Part shown: one piece after another, positions 42,373 to 58,000 of the stretch | How the letters are laid out: each line of letters starts with the position of its first letter | How positions within the stretch are numbered: position 1 is the first letter of the stretch | Assembly (NCBI GenBank): GCA_964016885.1 | Contig: OZ024740.1 | Location: 28,272,001-28,336,000, forward strand | Length of the DNA: 64,000 nucleotides | Reading direction: 5' to 3' | Origin: Eledone cirrhosa | Taxonomy: Eukaryota | Position numbers and translations under genes: made by a program | Notes under the pieces: generated by a model | Told to the model about the DNA's origin: nothing | The model's database searches: none | Seen by the model: the letters and a program-made list of their open reading frames with translations, nothing else

Positions 42373-45300
42373 ACTATTTGTGATTTTCCTGACTATGTGA
42401 TTTTCTTGACTATATGTGATTTTCCTGAGTATATGTGATTTTGCTGACTATATGTGATTTTCCTGAGTATATAAAATTTCCCTGAGTATATGTGATTTTC
42501 CTGAGTATATGTGATTTTCCTGACTATATGTGCTTTTCCTGAGTATATGTGATTTCCCTGACTATATGTGATTTCCCGGAGTATATGTGATTTTCATGAG
42601 TATATGTGATTTTCCTGAGTATATGTGATCTTCCTGAGTATATGTGATTTTCCTGACTATATGTGATTTTCCTGAGTATATGTGATTTCCCTGACTATAT
42701 GTGATTTTCCTGAGTATATGTAATTTCCCTGAGTATATGTGATTTTCCTGAGTATATGTGATTTCCCTGACTATATGTGATTTTCATGATTATATGTGAT
42801 CTTCCTGAGTATATGTGATTTTCCTGAGTATATGTGATTTCCCTGAGTATATGTGATTTTCCTGAGTATATGTGATTTTCATGACTATATGTGATTTTCC
42901 TGAGTATATGTGATTTTCATGACTATGTGATTTTCTTGACAATATGTGATTTTCCTGAGTATATGTGATTTTGCTGAGTATATGTGATTTTCCTGAGTAT
43001 ATGTGATTTTCTTGAGTATATGTGATTTTCCTGAGTGTATGTGATTTCCCTGAGTATATGTGATTTTCCTGACTATGTGATTTTCTTGACTATATGTGAT
43101 TTTCCTGAGTATATGTGATTTTGCTGACTATATGTGATTTTCCTGAGTATATAAAATTTCCCTGAGTATATGTGATTTTCCTGGGTATATGTGATTTTCC
43201 TGACTATATGTGCTTTTCCTGAGTATATGTGATTTCCCTGACTATATGTGATTTCCCGGAGTATATGTGATTTTCATGAGTATATGTGATTTTCCTGAGT
43301 ATATGTGATCTTCCTGAGTATATGTGATTTTCCTGAGTATATGTGATTTTCCTGAGTATATGTGATCTTCCTGAGTATATGTGATTTTCCTGAGTATATG
43401 TGATTTCCCTGAGTATATGTGATTTTCCTGAGTATATGTGATTTTCCTGAGAATATGTGATTTATTTGAGTATATGTGATTTCCCTGACTATATGTGATT
43501 TTCCTGAGTATATGTGATTTCCCTGAGTATATGTGACATTCCTGAGTATATGTTATTTTCCTGAGTATTTGATTTTCCTGACTATATGTGATTTTTATGA
43601 GTATATGTGATCTTCCTGAGTATATGTGATTTTCCTGAGTATATGCGATTTTCCTGAGTATATGTGATTTTCCTGAGTATATGTGATTTTCCTGAGTATA
43701 TGTGATTTTCCTGAGTATATGCGATTTTCCTGAGTATATGTGATTTTCCTGAGTATATGTGATTTATTTAAGTATATGTGATTTCCCTGACTATATGTGA
43801 TTTTCCTGAGTATATGTGATTTCCCTGAGTATATGTGATTTTCCTGAGTATATGTTATTATCCTGAGTATTTGATTTTCCTGACTATTTGTGATATTCCT
43901 GACTATATGTGATTTTCCTGAGTATATGCGATTTTCCTGAGTATATGTGATTTTCCTGACTATATGTGATTTTCCTGAGTATATGTGATTTTTCTGAGTA
44001 TATGTGATTTTCCTGACTATATGTGATTTTCCTGAGTATATGTGATCTTCCTGAGTATATGTGATTTTCCTGAGTATATGCGATTTTCCTGAGTATATGT
44101 GATTTTCCTGAGTATATGAAATTTCCCTGAGTATATGTGATTTTCCTGACTATTTGTGATTTTCCTGACTATGTGATTTTCTTGACTATATGTGATTTTC
44201 ATGATTATATGTGATCTTCCTGAGTATATGTGATTTTCCTGAGTATATGTGATTTCCCTGAGTATATGTGATTTTCCTGAGTATATGTGATTTTCATGAC
44301 TATATGTGATTTTCCTGAGTATATGTGATTTTCATGATTATGTGATTTTCCTGACAATATGTGATTTTCCTGGGTATATGTGATTTTCCTGAGTATATGT
44401 GATTTTCTTGAGTATATGTGATTTTCCTGAGTATATGTGATTTCCCTGAGTATATGTGATTTTCCTGACTATTTGTGATTTTCCTGACTATGTGATTTTC
44501 TTGACTATATGTGATTTTCCTGAGTATATGTGATTTTGCTGACTATATGTGATTTTCCTGAGTATATAAAATTTCCCTGAGTATATGTGATTTTCCTGAG
44601 TATATGTGATTTTCCTGACTATATGTGCTTTTCCTGAGTATATGTGATTTCCCTGACTATATGTGATTTCCCGGAGTATATGTGATTTTCATGAGTATAT
44701 GTGATTTTCCTGAGTATATGTGATCTTCCTGAGTATATGTGATTTTCCTGAGTATATGTGATTTTCCTGAGTATATGTGATCTTCCTGAGTATATGTGAT
44801 TTTCCTGAGTATATGTGATTTCCCTGAGTATATGTGATTTTCCTGAGTATATGTGATTTTCCTGACTTTATGTGATTTTCCTGAGTATATGTGATTTTCA
44901 TGACTATATGTGATTTTCCTGAGTATATGTGATTTTCCTGACTATATGTGATTTTCCTGACAATATGTGATTTTCCTGAGTATGTGTGATTTTCATGAGT
45001 ATATGTGATTTTCATGAGTATACGTGATTTTCCTGAGTATATGTAATTTCTTTGAGTATATGTGATTTCTCTGACTATATGTGATCTTCCTGAGTATATG
45101 TGATCTTCCTGAGCATATGTGATTTTCCTGAGTATAGGCGATTTTCCTGAGTATATGTGATTTTTCTGACTATATGTGATCTTCCTGAGTATATGTGATT
45201 TCCCTGAGTATATGTGATTTTCCTGAGTATATATGATTTTCCTGAGTATATGTGATTTTCCACAGTATATGTGATTTCCCTGAATATATGTGATTTTCCA

Positions 45301-48300
45301 GAGTATATGTGATTATTCTGTGTATATATAATTTTCCTGAGTATATGTGACTTTCCTGAGTATATGTGATTTCCCTGAGTATATGTGATTTTCCTGACAA
45401 TATTTGATTTTCCTGAGTATATGTGATTTTCCTGAGTATATGTGATTTTCCTGAGTATATGTGATTTTCTTGAGTATATGTGATTTTCCTGAGTATATGT
45501 GATTTCCCTGAGTATATGTGATTTTCCTGACTATTTGTGATTTTCCTGACTATGTGATTTTCTTGACTATATGTGATTTTCCTGAGTATATGTGATTTTC
45601 CTGACTATATGTGATTTTCCTGAGTATATAAAATTTCCCTGAGTATATGTGATTTTCCTGAGTATATGTGATTTTCCTGACTATATGTGATTTTCCTGAG
45701 TATATGTGATTTCCCTGACTATATGTGATTTTCCTGAGTATATGTAATTTCCCTGAGTATATGTGATTTTCCTGAGTATATGTGATTTCCCTGACTATAT
45801 GTGATTTTCATGATTATATGTGATCTTCCTGAGTATATGTGATTTTCCTGAGTATATGTGATTTCCCTGAGTATATGTGATTTTCCTGAGTATATGTGAT
45901 TTTCATGAGTATATGTGATTTTCATGAGTATACGTGATTTTCATGACTATGTGATTTTCCTGACAATATGTGATTTTCCTGAGTATATGTGATTTTCCTG
46001 AGTATATGTGATTTTCCTGAGTATATGTGATTTTCTTGAGTATATGTGATTTTCCTGAGTATATGTGATTTCCCTGAGTATATGTGATTTTCCTGACTAT
46101 GTGATTTTCTTGACTATATGTGATTTTCCTGAGTATATGTGATTTTCATGAGTATATGTGATATTCCTGAGTATATGTGATTTTCCTGACTATATGTGAT
46201 TTTCCTGAGTATATGTGATTTTCATGAGTATATGCGATTTTCCTGAGTATATGTGATTTTCCTGAGTATATGAAATTTCCCTGAGTATATGTGAATTTCC
46301 TTACTATTTGTGATTTTCCTGACTATGTGATTTTCTTGACTATATGTGATTTTCCTGAGTATATGTGATTTTCCTGACTATATGTGATTTTCCTGAGTAT
46401 ATAAAATTTCCCTGAGTATATGTGATTTTCCTGAGTATATGTGATTTTCCTGACTATATGTGATTTTCCTGAGTATATGTGATTTCCCTGACTATATGTG
46501 ATTTTCCTGAGTATATGTAATTTCCCTGAGTATATGTGATTTTCCTGAGTATATGTGATCTCCTGACTATATGTGATTTTCCTGAGTATATGTGATTTCC
46601 CTGACTATATGTGATTTCCCTGAGTATATGTGATTTTCCTGAGTATATGTGATTTCCCTGAGTATATGTGATTTCCCTGACTATATGTGATTTTCATGAT
46701 TATATGTGATCTTCCTGAGTATATGTGATTTTCCTGAGTATATGTGATTTCCCTGAGTATATGTGATTTTCCTGACTATGTGATTTTCTTGACTATATGT
46801 GATTTTCCTGAGTATATGTGATTTTCATGAGTATATGTGATATTCCTGAGTATATGTGATTTTCCTGACTATATGTGATTTTCCTGAGTATATGTGATTT
46901 TCATGAGTATATGCGATTTTCCTGAGTATATGTGATTTTCCTGAGTATATGAAATTTCCCTGAGTATATGTGAATTTCCTTACTATTTGTGATTTTCCTG
47001 ACTATGTGATTTTCTTGACTATATGTGATTTTCCTGAGTATATGTGATTTTGCTGACTATATGTGATTTTCCTGAGTATATAAAATTTCCCTGAGTATAT
47101 GTGATTTTCCTGAGTATATGTGATTTTCCTGACTATATGTGCTTTTCCTGAGTATATGTGATTTCCCTGACTATATGTGATTTCCCGGAGTATATGTGAT
47201 TTTCATGAGTATATGTGATTTTCCTGAGTATATGTGATCTTCCTGAGTATATGTGATTTTCCTGACTATATGTGATTTTCCTGAGTATATGTGATTTCCC
47301 TGACTATATGTGATTTTCCTGAGTATATGTAATTTCCCTGAGTATATGTGATTTTCCTGAGTATATGTGATTTCCCTGACTATATGTGATTTTCATGATT
47401 ATATGTGATCTTCCTGAGTATATGTGATTTTCCTGAGTATATGTGATTTCCCTGAGTATATGTGATTTTCCTGAGTATATGTGATTTTCATGACTATATG
47501 TGATTTTCCTGAGTATATGTGATTTTCATGACTATGTGATTTTCTTGACAATATGTGATTTTCCTGAGTATATGTGATTTTGCTGAGTATATGTGATTTT
47601 CCTGAGTATATGTGATTTTCTTGAGTATATGTGATTTTCCTGAGTGTATGTGATTTCCCTGAGTATATGTGATTTTCCTGACTATGTGATTTTCTTGACT
47701 ATATGTGATTTTCCTGAGTATATGTGATTTTGCTGACTATATGTGATTTTCCTGAGTATATAAAATTTCCCTGAGTATATGTGATTTTCCTGGGTATATG
47801 TGATTTTCCTGACTATATGTGCTTTTCCTGAGTATATGTGATTTCCCTGACTATATGTGATTTCCCGGAGTATATGTGATTTTCATGAGTATATGTGATT
47901 TTCCTGAGTATATGTGATCTTCCTGAGTATATGTGATTTTCCTGAGTATATGTGATTTTCCTGAGTATATGTGATCTTCCTGAGTATATGTGATTTTCCT
48001 GAGTATATGTGATTTCCCTGAGTATATGTGATTTTCCTGAGTATATGTGATTTTCCTGAGAATATGTGATTTATTTGAGTATATGTGATTTCCCTGACTA
48101 TATGTGATTTTCCTGAGTATATGTGATTTCCCTGAGTATATGTGACATTCCTGAGTATATGTTATTTTCCTGAGTATTTGATTTTCCTGACTATATGTGA
48201 TTTTTATGAGTATATGTGATCTTCCTGAGTATATGTGATTTTCCTGAGTATATGCGATTTTCCTGAGTATATGTGATTTTCCTGAGTATATGTGATTTTC

Positions 48301-51300
48301 CTGAGTATATGTGATTTTCCTGAGTATATGCGATTTTCCTGAGTATATGTGATTTTCCTGAGTATATGTGATTTATTTAAGTATATGTGATTTCCCTGAC
48401 TATATGTGATTTTCCTGAGTATATGTGATTTCCCTGAGTATATGTGATTTTCCTGAGTATATGTTATTATCCTGAGTATTTGATTTTCCTGACTATTTGT
48501 GATATTCCTGACTATATGTGATTTTCCTGAGTATATGTGATCTTCCTGAGTATATGTGATTTTCCTGAGTATATGCGATTTTCCTGAGTATATGTGATTT
48601 TCCTGACTATATGTGATTTTCCTGAGTATATGTGATTTTTCTGAGTATATGTGATTTTCCTGACTATATGTGATTTTCCTGAGTATATGTGATCTTCCTG
48701 AGTATATGTGATTTTCCTGAGTATATGCGATTTTCCTGAGTATATGTGATTTTCCTGAGTATATGAAATTTCCCTGAGTATATGTGATTTTCCTGACTAT
48801 TTGTGATTTTCCTGACTATGTGATTTTCTTGACTATATGTGATTTTCATGATTATATGTGATCTTCCTGAGTATATGTGATTTTCCTGAGTATATGTGAT
48901 TTCCCTGAGTATATGTGATTTTCCTGAGTATATGTGATTTTCATGACTATATGTGATTTTCCTGAGTATATGTGATTTTCATGATTATGTGATTTTCCTG
49001 ACAATATGTGATTTTCCTGGGTATATGTGATTTTCCTGAGTATATGTGATTTTCTTGAGTATATGTGATTTTCCTGAGTATATGTGATTTCCCTGAGTAT
49101 ATGTGATTTTCCTGACTATTTGTGATTTTCCTGACTATGTGATTTTCTTGACTATATGTGATTTTCCTGAGTATATGTGATTTTGCTGACTATATGTGAT
49201 TTTCCTGAGTATATAAAATTTCCCTGAGTATATGTGATTTTCCTGAGTATATGTGATTTTCCTGACTATATGTGCTTTTCCTGAGTATATGTGATTTCCC
49301 TGACTATATGTGATTTCCCGGAGTATATGTGATTTTCATGAGTATATGTGATTTTCCTGAGTATATGTGATCTTCCTGAGTATATGTGATTTTCCTGAGT
49401 ATATGTGATTTTCCTGAGTATATGTGATCTTCCTGAGTATATGTGATTTTCCTGAGTATATGTGATTTCCCTGAGTATATGTGATTTTCCTGAGTATATG
49501 TGATTTTCCTGACTTTATGTGATTTTCCTGAGTATATGTGATTTTCATGACTATATGTGATTTTCCTGAGTATATGTGATTTTCCTGACTATATGTGATT
49601 TTCCTGACAATATGTGATTTTCCTGAGTATGTGTGATTTTCATGAGTATATGTGATTTTCATGAGTATACGTGATTTTCCTGAGTATATGTAATTTCTTT
49701 GAGTATATGTGATTTCTCTGACTATATGTGATCTTCCTGAGTATATGTGATCTTCCTGAGCATATGTGATTTTCCTGAGTATAGGCGATTTTCCTGAGTA
49801 TATGTGATTTTTCTGACTATATGTGATCTTCCTGAGTATATGTGATTTCCCTGAGTATATGTGATTTTCCTGAGTATATATGATTTTCCTGAGTATATGT
49901 GATTTTCCACAGTATATGTGATTTCCCTGAATATATGTGATTTTCCAGAGTATATGTGATTATTCTGTGTATATATAATTTTCCTGAGTATATGTGACTT
50001 TCCTGAGTATATGTGATTTCCCTGAGTATATGTGATTTTCCTGACAATATTTGATTTTCCTGAGTATATGTGATTTTCCTGAGTATATGTGATTTTCCTG
50101 AGTATATGTGATTTTCTTGAGTATATGTGATTTTCCTGAGTATATGTGATTTCCCTGAGTATATGTGATTTTCCTGACTATTTGTGATTTTCCTGACTAT
50201 GTGATTTTCTTGACTATATGTGATTTTCCTGAGTATATGTGATTTTCCTGACTATATGTGATTTTCCTGAGTATATAAAATTTCCCTGAGTATATGTGAT
50301 TTTCCTGAGTATATGTGATTTTCCTGACTATATGTGATTTTCCTGAGTATATGTGATTTCCCTGACTATATGTGATTTTCCTGAGTATATGTAATTTCCC
50401 TGAGTATATGTGATTTTCCTGAGTATATGTGATTTCCCTGACTATATGTGATTTTCATGATTATATGTGATCTTCCTGAGTATATGTGATTTTCCTGAGT
50501 ATATGTGATTTCCCTGAGTATATGTGATTTTCCTGAGTATATGTGATTTTCATGAGTATATGTGATTTTCATGAGTATACGTGATTTTCATGACTATGTG
50601 ATTTTCCTGACAATATGTGATTTTCCTGAGTATATGTGATTTTCCTGAGTATATGTGATTTTCCTGAGTATATGTGATTTTCTTGAGTATATGTGATTTT
50701 CCTGAGTATATGTGATTTCCCTGAGTATATGTGATTTTCCTGACTATGTGATTTTCTTGACTATATGTGATTTTCCTGAGTATATGTGATTTTCATGAGT
50801 ATATGTGATATTCCTGAGTATATGTGATTTTCCTGACTATATGTGATTTTCCTGAGTATATGTGATTTTCATGAGTATATGCGATTTTCCTGAGTATATG
50901 TGATTTTCCTGAGTATATGAAATTTCCCTGAGTATATGTGAATTTCCTTACTATTTGTGATTTTCCTGACTATGTGATTTTCTTGACTATATGTGATTTT
51001 CCTGAGTATATGTGATTTTCCTGAATATATGTGATTTTCCTGAGTATATAAAATTTCCCTGAGTATATGTGATTTTCCTGAGTATATGTGATTTTCCTGA
51101 CTATATGTGATTTTCCTGAGTATATGTGATTTCCCTGACTATATGTGATTTTCCTGAGTATATGTAATTTCCCTGAGTATATGTGATTTTCCTGAGTATA
51201 TGTGATCTCCTGACTATATGTGATTTTCCTGAGTATATGTGATTTCCCTGACTATATGTGATTTCCCTGAGTATATGTGATTTTCCTGAGTATATGTGAT

Positions 51301-51422
51301 TTCCCTGAGTATATGTGATTTCCCTGACTATATGTGATTTTCATGATTATATGTGATCTTCCTGAGTATATGTGATTTTCCTGAGTATATGTGATTTCCC
51401 TGAGTATATGTGATTTTCCTGA
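42373..51422 (+). repeat. Near-tandem duplication of about 4.4 kb (about 42373-46775 / about 46982-51422), offset 4609 then 4647
   Basis: ORF pairs at offset 4647 (44017/48664, 44689/49336, 45075/49722, 45170/49817, 45719/50366). Upstream rare variants are at offset 4609 (tgctgagta 42972/47581). The offset change matches two extra monomers (38 bp) near 48540 in copy 2. Confidence 0.9.
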
Positions 51423-54400
51423 GTATATGTGATGTTCATGACTATATGTGATTTTCCTGAGTATATGTGATTTTCATGATTATGTGATTTTCCTGACAAT
51501 ATGTGATTTTCCTGAGTATATGGGATTTTCCTGAGTATATGTGATTTTCCTGAGTATATGTGATTTTCTTGAGTATATGTGATTTTCCTGAGTATATGTG
51601 ATTTCCCTGAGTATATGTGATTTTCCTGACTATTTGTGATTTTCCTGACTATGTGATTTTCTTGACTATATGTGATTTTCCTGAGTATATGTGATTTTGC
51701 TGACTATATGTGATTTTCCTGAGTATATAAAATTTCACTGAGTATATGTGATTTTCCTGAGTATATGTGATTTTCCTGACTATATCTGCTTTTCCTGAGT
51801 ATATGTGATTTCCCTGACTATATGTGATTTCCCGGAGTATATGTGATTTTCATGAGTATATGTGATTTTCCTGAGTATATGTGATCTTCCTGAGTATATG
51901 TGATTTTCCTGAGTATATGTGATTTTCCTGAGTATATGTGATCTTCCTGAGTATATGTGATTTTCCTGAGTATATGTGATTTCCCTGAGTATATGTGATT
52001 TCCCTGAGTATATGTGATTTTCCTGACTATATGTGATTTTCCTGACTTTATGTGATTTTCCTGAGTATATGTGATTTTCATGACTGTATGTGATTTTCCT
52101 GAGTATATGTGATTTTCCTGACTATATGTGATTTTCCTGACAATATGTGATTTTCCTGAGTATGTGTGATTTTCATGAGTATATGTGATTTTCATGAGTA
52201 TACGTGATTTTCCTGAGTATATGTAATTTCTTTGAGTATATGTGATTTCCCTGACTATATGTGATGTTCCTGAGTATATGTGATCTTCCTGAGTATATGT
52301 GATTTTCCTGAGTATAGGCGATTTTCCTGAGTACATGTGATTTTTCTGACTATATGTGATCTTCCTGAGTATATGTCATTTCCCTGAGTATATGTGATTT
52401 CCCTGACTATATGTGATTTTCATGATTATATGTGATCTTCCTGAGTATATGTGATTTTCCTGAGTATATGTGATTTCCCTGAGTATATGTGATTTTCCTG
52501 AGTATATGTGATTTTCATGACTATATGTGATTTTCCTGAGTATATGTGATTTTCATGATTATGTGATTTTCCTGACAATATGTGATTTTCCTGAGTATAT
52601 GTGATTTTCCTGAGTATATGTGATTTTCCTGAGTATATGTGATTTTCTTGAGTATATGTGATTTTCCTGAGTATATGTGATTTCCCTGAGTATATGTGAT
52701 TTTCCTGAGTATCTGTGTTTTTCTTGAGTATATGTGATTTTCCTGAGTATATGTGATTTCCCTGAGTATATGTGATTTTCCTGACTATTTGTGATTTTCC
52801 TGACTATGTGATTTTCTTGACTATATGTGATTTCCCTGACTATATGTGATTTTCCTGAGTATATGTAATTTCCCTGAGTATATGTGATTTTCCTGAGTAT
52901 ATGTGATTTCCCTGACTATATGTGATTTTCATGATTATATGTGATCTTCCTGTGTATATGTGATTTTCCTGAGTATATGTGATTTTCATGATTATGTGAT
53001 TTTCCTGACAATATGTGATTTTCCTGAGTATATGTGATTTTCCTGAGTATACGTGATTTTCATGACTATGTGATTTTCCTGACAATATGTGATTTTACTG
53101 AGTATATGTGATTTTCCTGAGTATATGTGATTTTCCTGAGTATATGTGATTTCCCTGAGTATATGTGATTTTCCTGAGTATATGTGATTTTCTTGAGTAT
53201 ACGTGATTTTCATGACTATGTGATTTTCCTGACAATATGTGATTTTCCTGAGTATATGTGATTTTCCTGAGTATATGTGATTTTCCTGAGTATATGTGAT
53301 TTTCTTGAGTATATGTGATTTTCCTGAGTATATGTGATTTCCCTGAGTATATGTGATTTTCCTGACTATTTGTGATTTTCCTGACTATGTGATTTTCTTG
53401 ACTATATGTGATTTTCCTGAGTATATGTGATTTTCATGAGTATATGTGATATTCCTGAGTATATGTGATTTTCCTGACTATATGTGATTTTCCTGAGTAT
53501 ATGTGATTTTCATGAGTATATGCGATTTTCCTGAGTATATGTGATTTTCCTGAGTATATGAAATTTCCCTGAGTATATGTGAATTTCCTTACTATTTGTG
53601 ATTTTCCTGACTATGTGATTTTCTTGACTATATGTGATATTCCTGAGTATATGTGATTTTCCTGACTATATGTGATTTTCCTGAGTATATAAAATTTCCC
53701 TGAGTATATGTGATTTTCCTGAGTATATGTGATTTTCCTGACTATATATGATTTTCCTGAGTATATGTGATTTCCCTGACTATATGTGATTTTCCTGAGT
53801 ATATGTAATTTCCCTGAGTATATGTGATTTTCCTGAGTATATGTGATCTCCTGACTATATGTGATTTTCCTGAGTATATGTGATTTCCCTGACTATATGT
53901 GATTTACCTGAGTATATGTGATTTTCCTGAGTATATGTGATTTTCCTGAGTATATGTGATTTCCCTGACTATATGTGATTTTCATGATTATATGTGATCT
54001 TCCTGAGTATATGTGATTTTCCTGAGTATATGTGATTTCCCTGAGTATATGTGATTTTCCTGAGTATATGTGATTTTCATGACTATATGTGATTTTCCTG
54101 AGTATATGTGATTTTCATGATTATGTGATTTTCCTGACAATATGTGATTTTCCTGACTATTTGTGATTTTCCTGACTATGTGATTTTCTTGACTATATGT
54201 GATTTTCCTGAGTATATGTGATTTTGCTGAATATATGTGATTTTCCTGAGTATATAAAATTTCCCTGAGTATATGTGATTTTCCTGAGTATATGTGATTT
54301 TCCTGACTATATGTGCTTTTCCTGAGTATATGTGATTTCCCTGACTAGATGTGATTTCCCGGAGTATATGTGATTTTCATGAGTATATGTGATTTTCCTG

Positions 54401-55049
54401 AGTATATGTGATCTTCCTGAGTATATGTGATTTTCCTGAGTATATGTGATTTTCCTGAGTATATGTGATCTTCCTGAGTATATGTGATTTTCCTGAGTAT
54501 ATGTGATTTCCCTGAGTATATGTGATTTTCCTGAGTATATGTGATTTTCCTGACTTTATGTGATTTTCCTGAGTATATGTGATTTTCATGACTATATGTG
54601 ATTTTCCTGAGTATATGTGATTTTCCTGACTATATGTGATTTTCCTGACAATATGTGATTTTCCTGAGTATGTGTGATTTTCATGAGTATATGTGATTTT
54701 CATGAGTATACGTGATTTTCCTGAGTATATGTAATTTCTTTGAGTATATGTGATTTCCCTGACTATATGTGATGTTCCTGAGTATATGTGATCTTCCTGA
54801 GTATATGTGATTTTCCTGAGTATAGGCGATTTTCCTGAGTACATGTGATTTTTCTGACTATATGTGATCTTCTTGAGTATATGTGATTTCCCTGAGTATA
54901 TGTGATTTCCCTGACTATATGTGATTTTCATGATTATATGTGATCTTCCTGAGTATATGTGATTTTCCTGAGTATATGTGATTTTCCTGAGTATATGTGA
55001 TTTCCCTGAGTATATGTGATTTTCATGAGTATATGTGATTTTCCTGAGT

Positions 55050-58000
55050 ATACGTGATTTTCATGACTATGTGATTTTCCTGACAATATGTGATTTTCCT
55101 GAGTATATGTGATTTTCCTGAGTATATGTGATTTTCCTGAGTATATGTGATTTTCTTGAGTATATGTGATTTTCCTGAGTATATGTGATTTTCCTGAGTA
55201 TATGTGATTTTCCTGACTATTTGTGATTTTCCTGACTACGTGATTTTCTTGACTATATGTGATTTTCCTGAGTATATGTGATTTTCATGAGTATATGTGA
55301 TATTCCTGAGTATATGTGATTTTCCTGACTATATGTGATTTTCCTGAGTATATGTGATTTTCATGAGTATATGCGATTTTCCTGAGTATATGTGATTTTC
55401 CTGAGTATATGAAATTTCCCTGAGTATATGTGAATTTCCTTACTATTTGTGATTTTCCTGACTATGTGATTTTCTTGACTATATGTGATTTTCCTGAGTA
55501 TATGTGATTTTCCTGACTATATGTGATTTTCCTGAGTATATGTGATTTTCTTGAGTATATGTGATTTTCCTGAGTATATGTGATTTCCCTGAGTATATGT
55601 GATTTTCCTGACTATATGTGATCTTCCTGAGTATATGTCATTTCCCTGAGTATATGTGATTTTCATGATTATGTGATTTTCCTGACAATATGTGATTTTC
55701 CTGAGTATATGTGATTTTCCTGAGTATATGTGATTTTCCTGAGTATATGTGATTTTCCTGACTTTATGTGATTTTCCTGAGTATATGTGATTTTCATGAC
55801 TGTATGTGATTTTCCTGAGTATATGTGATTTTCCTGACTATATGTGATTTTCCTGACAATATGTGATTTTCCTGAGTATGTGTGATTATCATGAGTATAT
55901 GTGATTTTCATGAGTATACGTGATTTTCCTGAGTATATGTAATTTCTTTGAGTATATGTGATTTCCCTGACTATATGTGATGTTCCTGAGTATATGTGAT
56001 CTTCCTGAGTATATGTGATTTTCCTGAGTATAGGCGATTTTCCTGAGTACATGTGATTTTTCTGACTATATGTGATCTTCCTGAGTATATGTCATTTCCC
56101 TGAGTATATGTGATTTCCCTGACTATATGTGATTTTCATGATTATATGTGATCTTCCTGAGTATATGTGATTTTCCTGAGTATATGTGATTTCCCTGAGT
56201 ATATGTGATTTTCCTGAGTATCTGTGTTTTTCTTGAGTATATGTGATTTTCCTGAGTATATGTGATTTCCCTGAGTATATGTGATTTTCCTGACTATGTG
56301 ATTTTCTTGACTATATGTGATTTCCCTGACTATATGTGATTTTCCTGAGTATATGTGATTTCCCTGACTATATGTGATTTTCATGATTATATGTGATCTT
56401 CCTGAGTATATGTGATTTTCCTGAGTATATGTGATTTTCATGATTATGTGATTTTCCTGACAATATGTGATTTTCCTGAGTATATGTGATTTTCCTGAGT
56501 ATACGTGATTTTCATAACTATGTGATTTTCCTGACAATATGTGATTTTACTGAGTATATGTGATTTTCCTGAGTATATGTGATTTTCCTGAGTATATGTG
56601 ATTTCCCTGAGTATATGTGATTTTCCTGAGTATATGTGATTTTCATGAGTATATGTGATTTTCCTGAGTATACGTGATTTTCATGACTATGTGATTTTCC
56701 TGACAATATGTGATTTTCCTGAGTATATGTGATTTTCCTGAGTATATGTGATTTTCCTGAGTATATGTGATTTTCTTGAGTATATGTGATTTTCCTGAGT
56801 ATATGTGATTTCCCTGAGTATATGTGATTTTCCTGACTATTTGTGATTTTCCTGACTATGTGATTTTCTTGACTATATGTGATTTTCCTGAGTATATGTG
56901 ATTTTCATGAGTATATGTGATATTCCTGAGTATATGTGATTTTCCTGACTATATGTGATTTTCCTGAGTATATGTGATTTTCATGAGTATATGCGATTTT
57001 CCTGAGTATATGTGATTTTCCTGAGTATATGAAATTTCCCTGAGTATATGTGAATTTCCTTACTATTTGTGATTTTCCTGACTATGTGATTTTCTTGACT
57101 ATATGTGATTTTCCTGAGTATATGTGATTTTCCTGACTATATGTGATTTTCCTGAGTATATAAAATTTCCCTGAGTATATGTGATTTTCCTGAGTATATG
57201 TGATTTTCCTGACTATATGTGATTTTCCTGAGTATATGTGATTTCCCTGACTATATGTGATTTTCCTGAGTATATGTAATTTCCCTGAGTATATGTGATT
57301 TTCCTGAGTATATGTGATCTCCTGACTATATGTGATTTTCCTGAGTATATGTGATTTCCCTGACTATATGTGATTTCCCTGAGTATATGTGATTTTCCTG
57401 AGTATATGTGATTTTCCTGAGTATATGTGATTTCCCTGACTATATGTGATTTTCATGATTATATGTGATCTTCCTGAGTATATGTGATTTTCCTGAGTAT
57501 ATGTGATTTCCCTGAGTATATGTGATTTTCCTGAGTATATGTGATTTTCATGACTATATGTGATTTTCCTGAGTATATGTGATTTTCATGATTATGTGAT
57601 TTTCCTGACAATATGTGATTTTCCTGAGTATATGTGATTTTCCTGAGTATATGTGATTTTCCTGAGTATATGTGATTTTCTTGAGTATATGTGATTTTCC
57701 TGAGTATATGTGATTTCCCTGAGTATATGTGATTTTCCTGACTATTTGTGATTTTCCTGACTATGTGATTTTCTTGACTATATGTGATTTTCCTGAGTAT
57801 ATGTGATTTTGCTGACTATATGTGATTTTCCTGAGTATATAAAATTTCCCTGAGTATATGTGATTTTCCTGAGTATATGTGATTTTCCTGACTATATGTG
57901 CTTTTCCTGAGTATATGTGATTTCCCTGACTATATGTGATTTCCCGGAGTATATGTGATTTTCATGAGTATATGTGATTTTCCTGTGTATATGTGATCTT

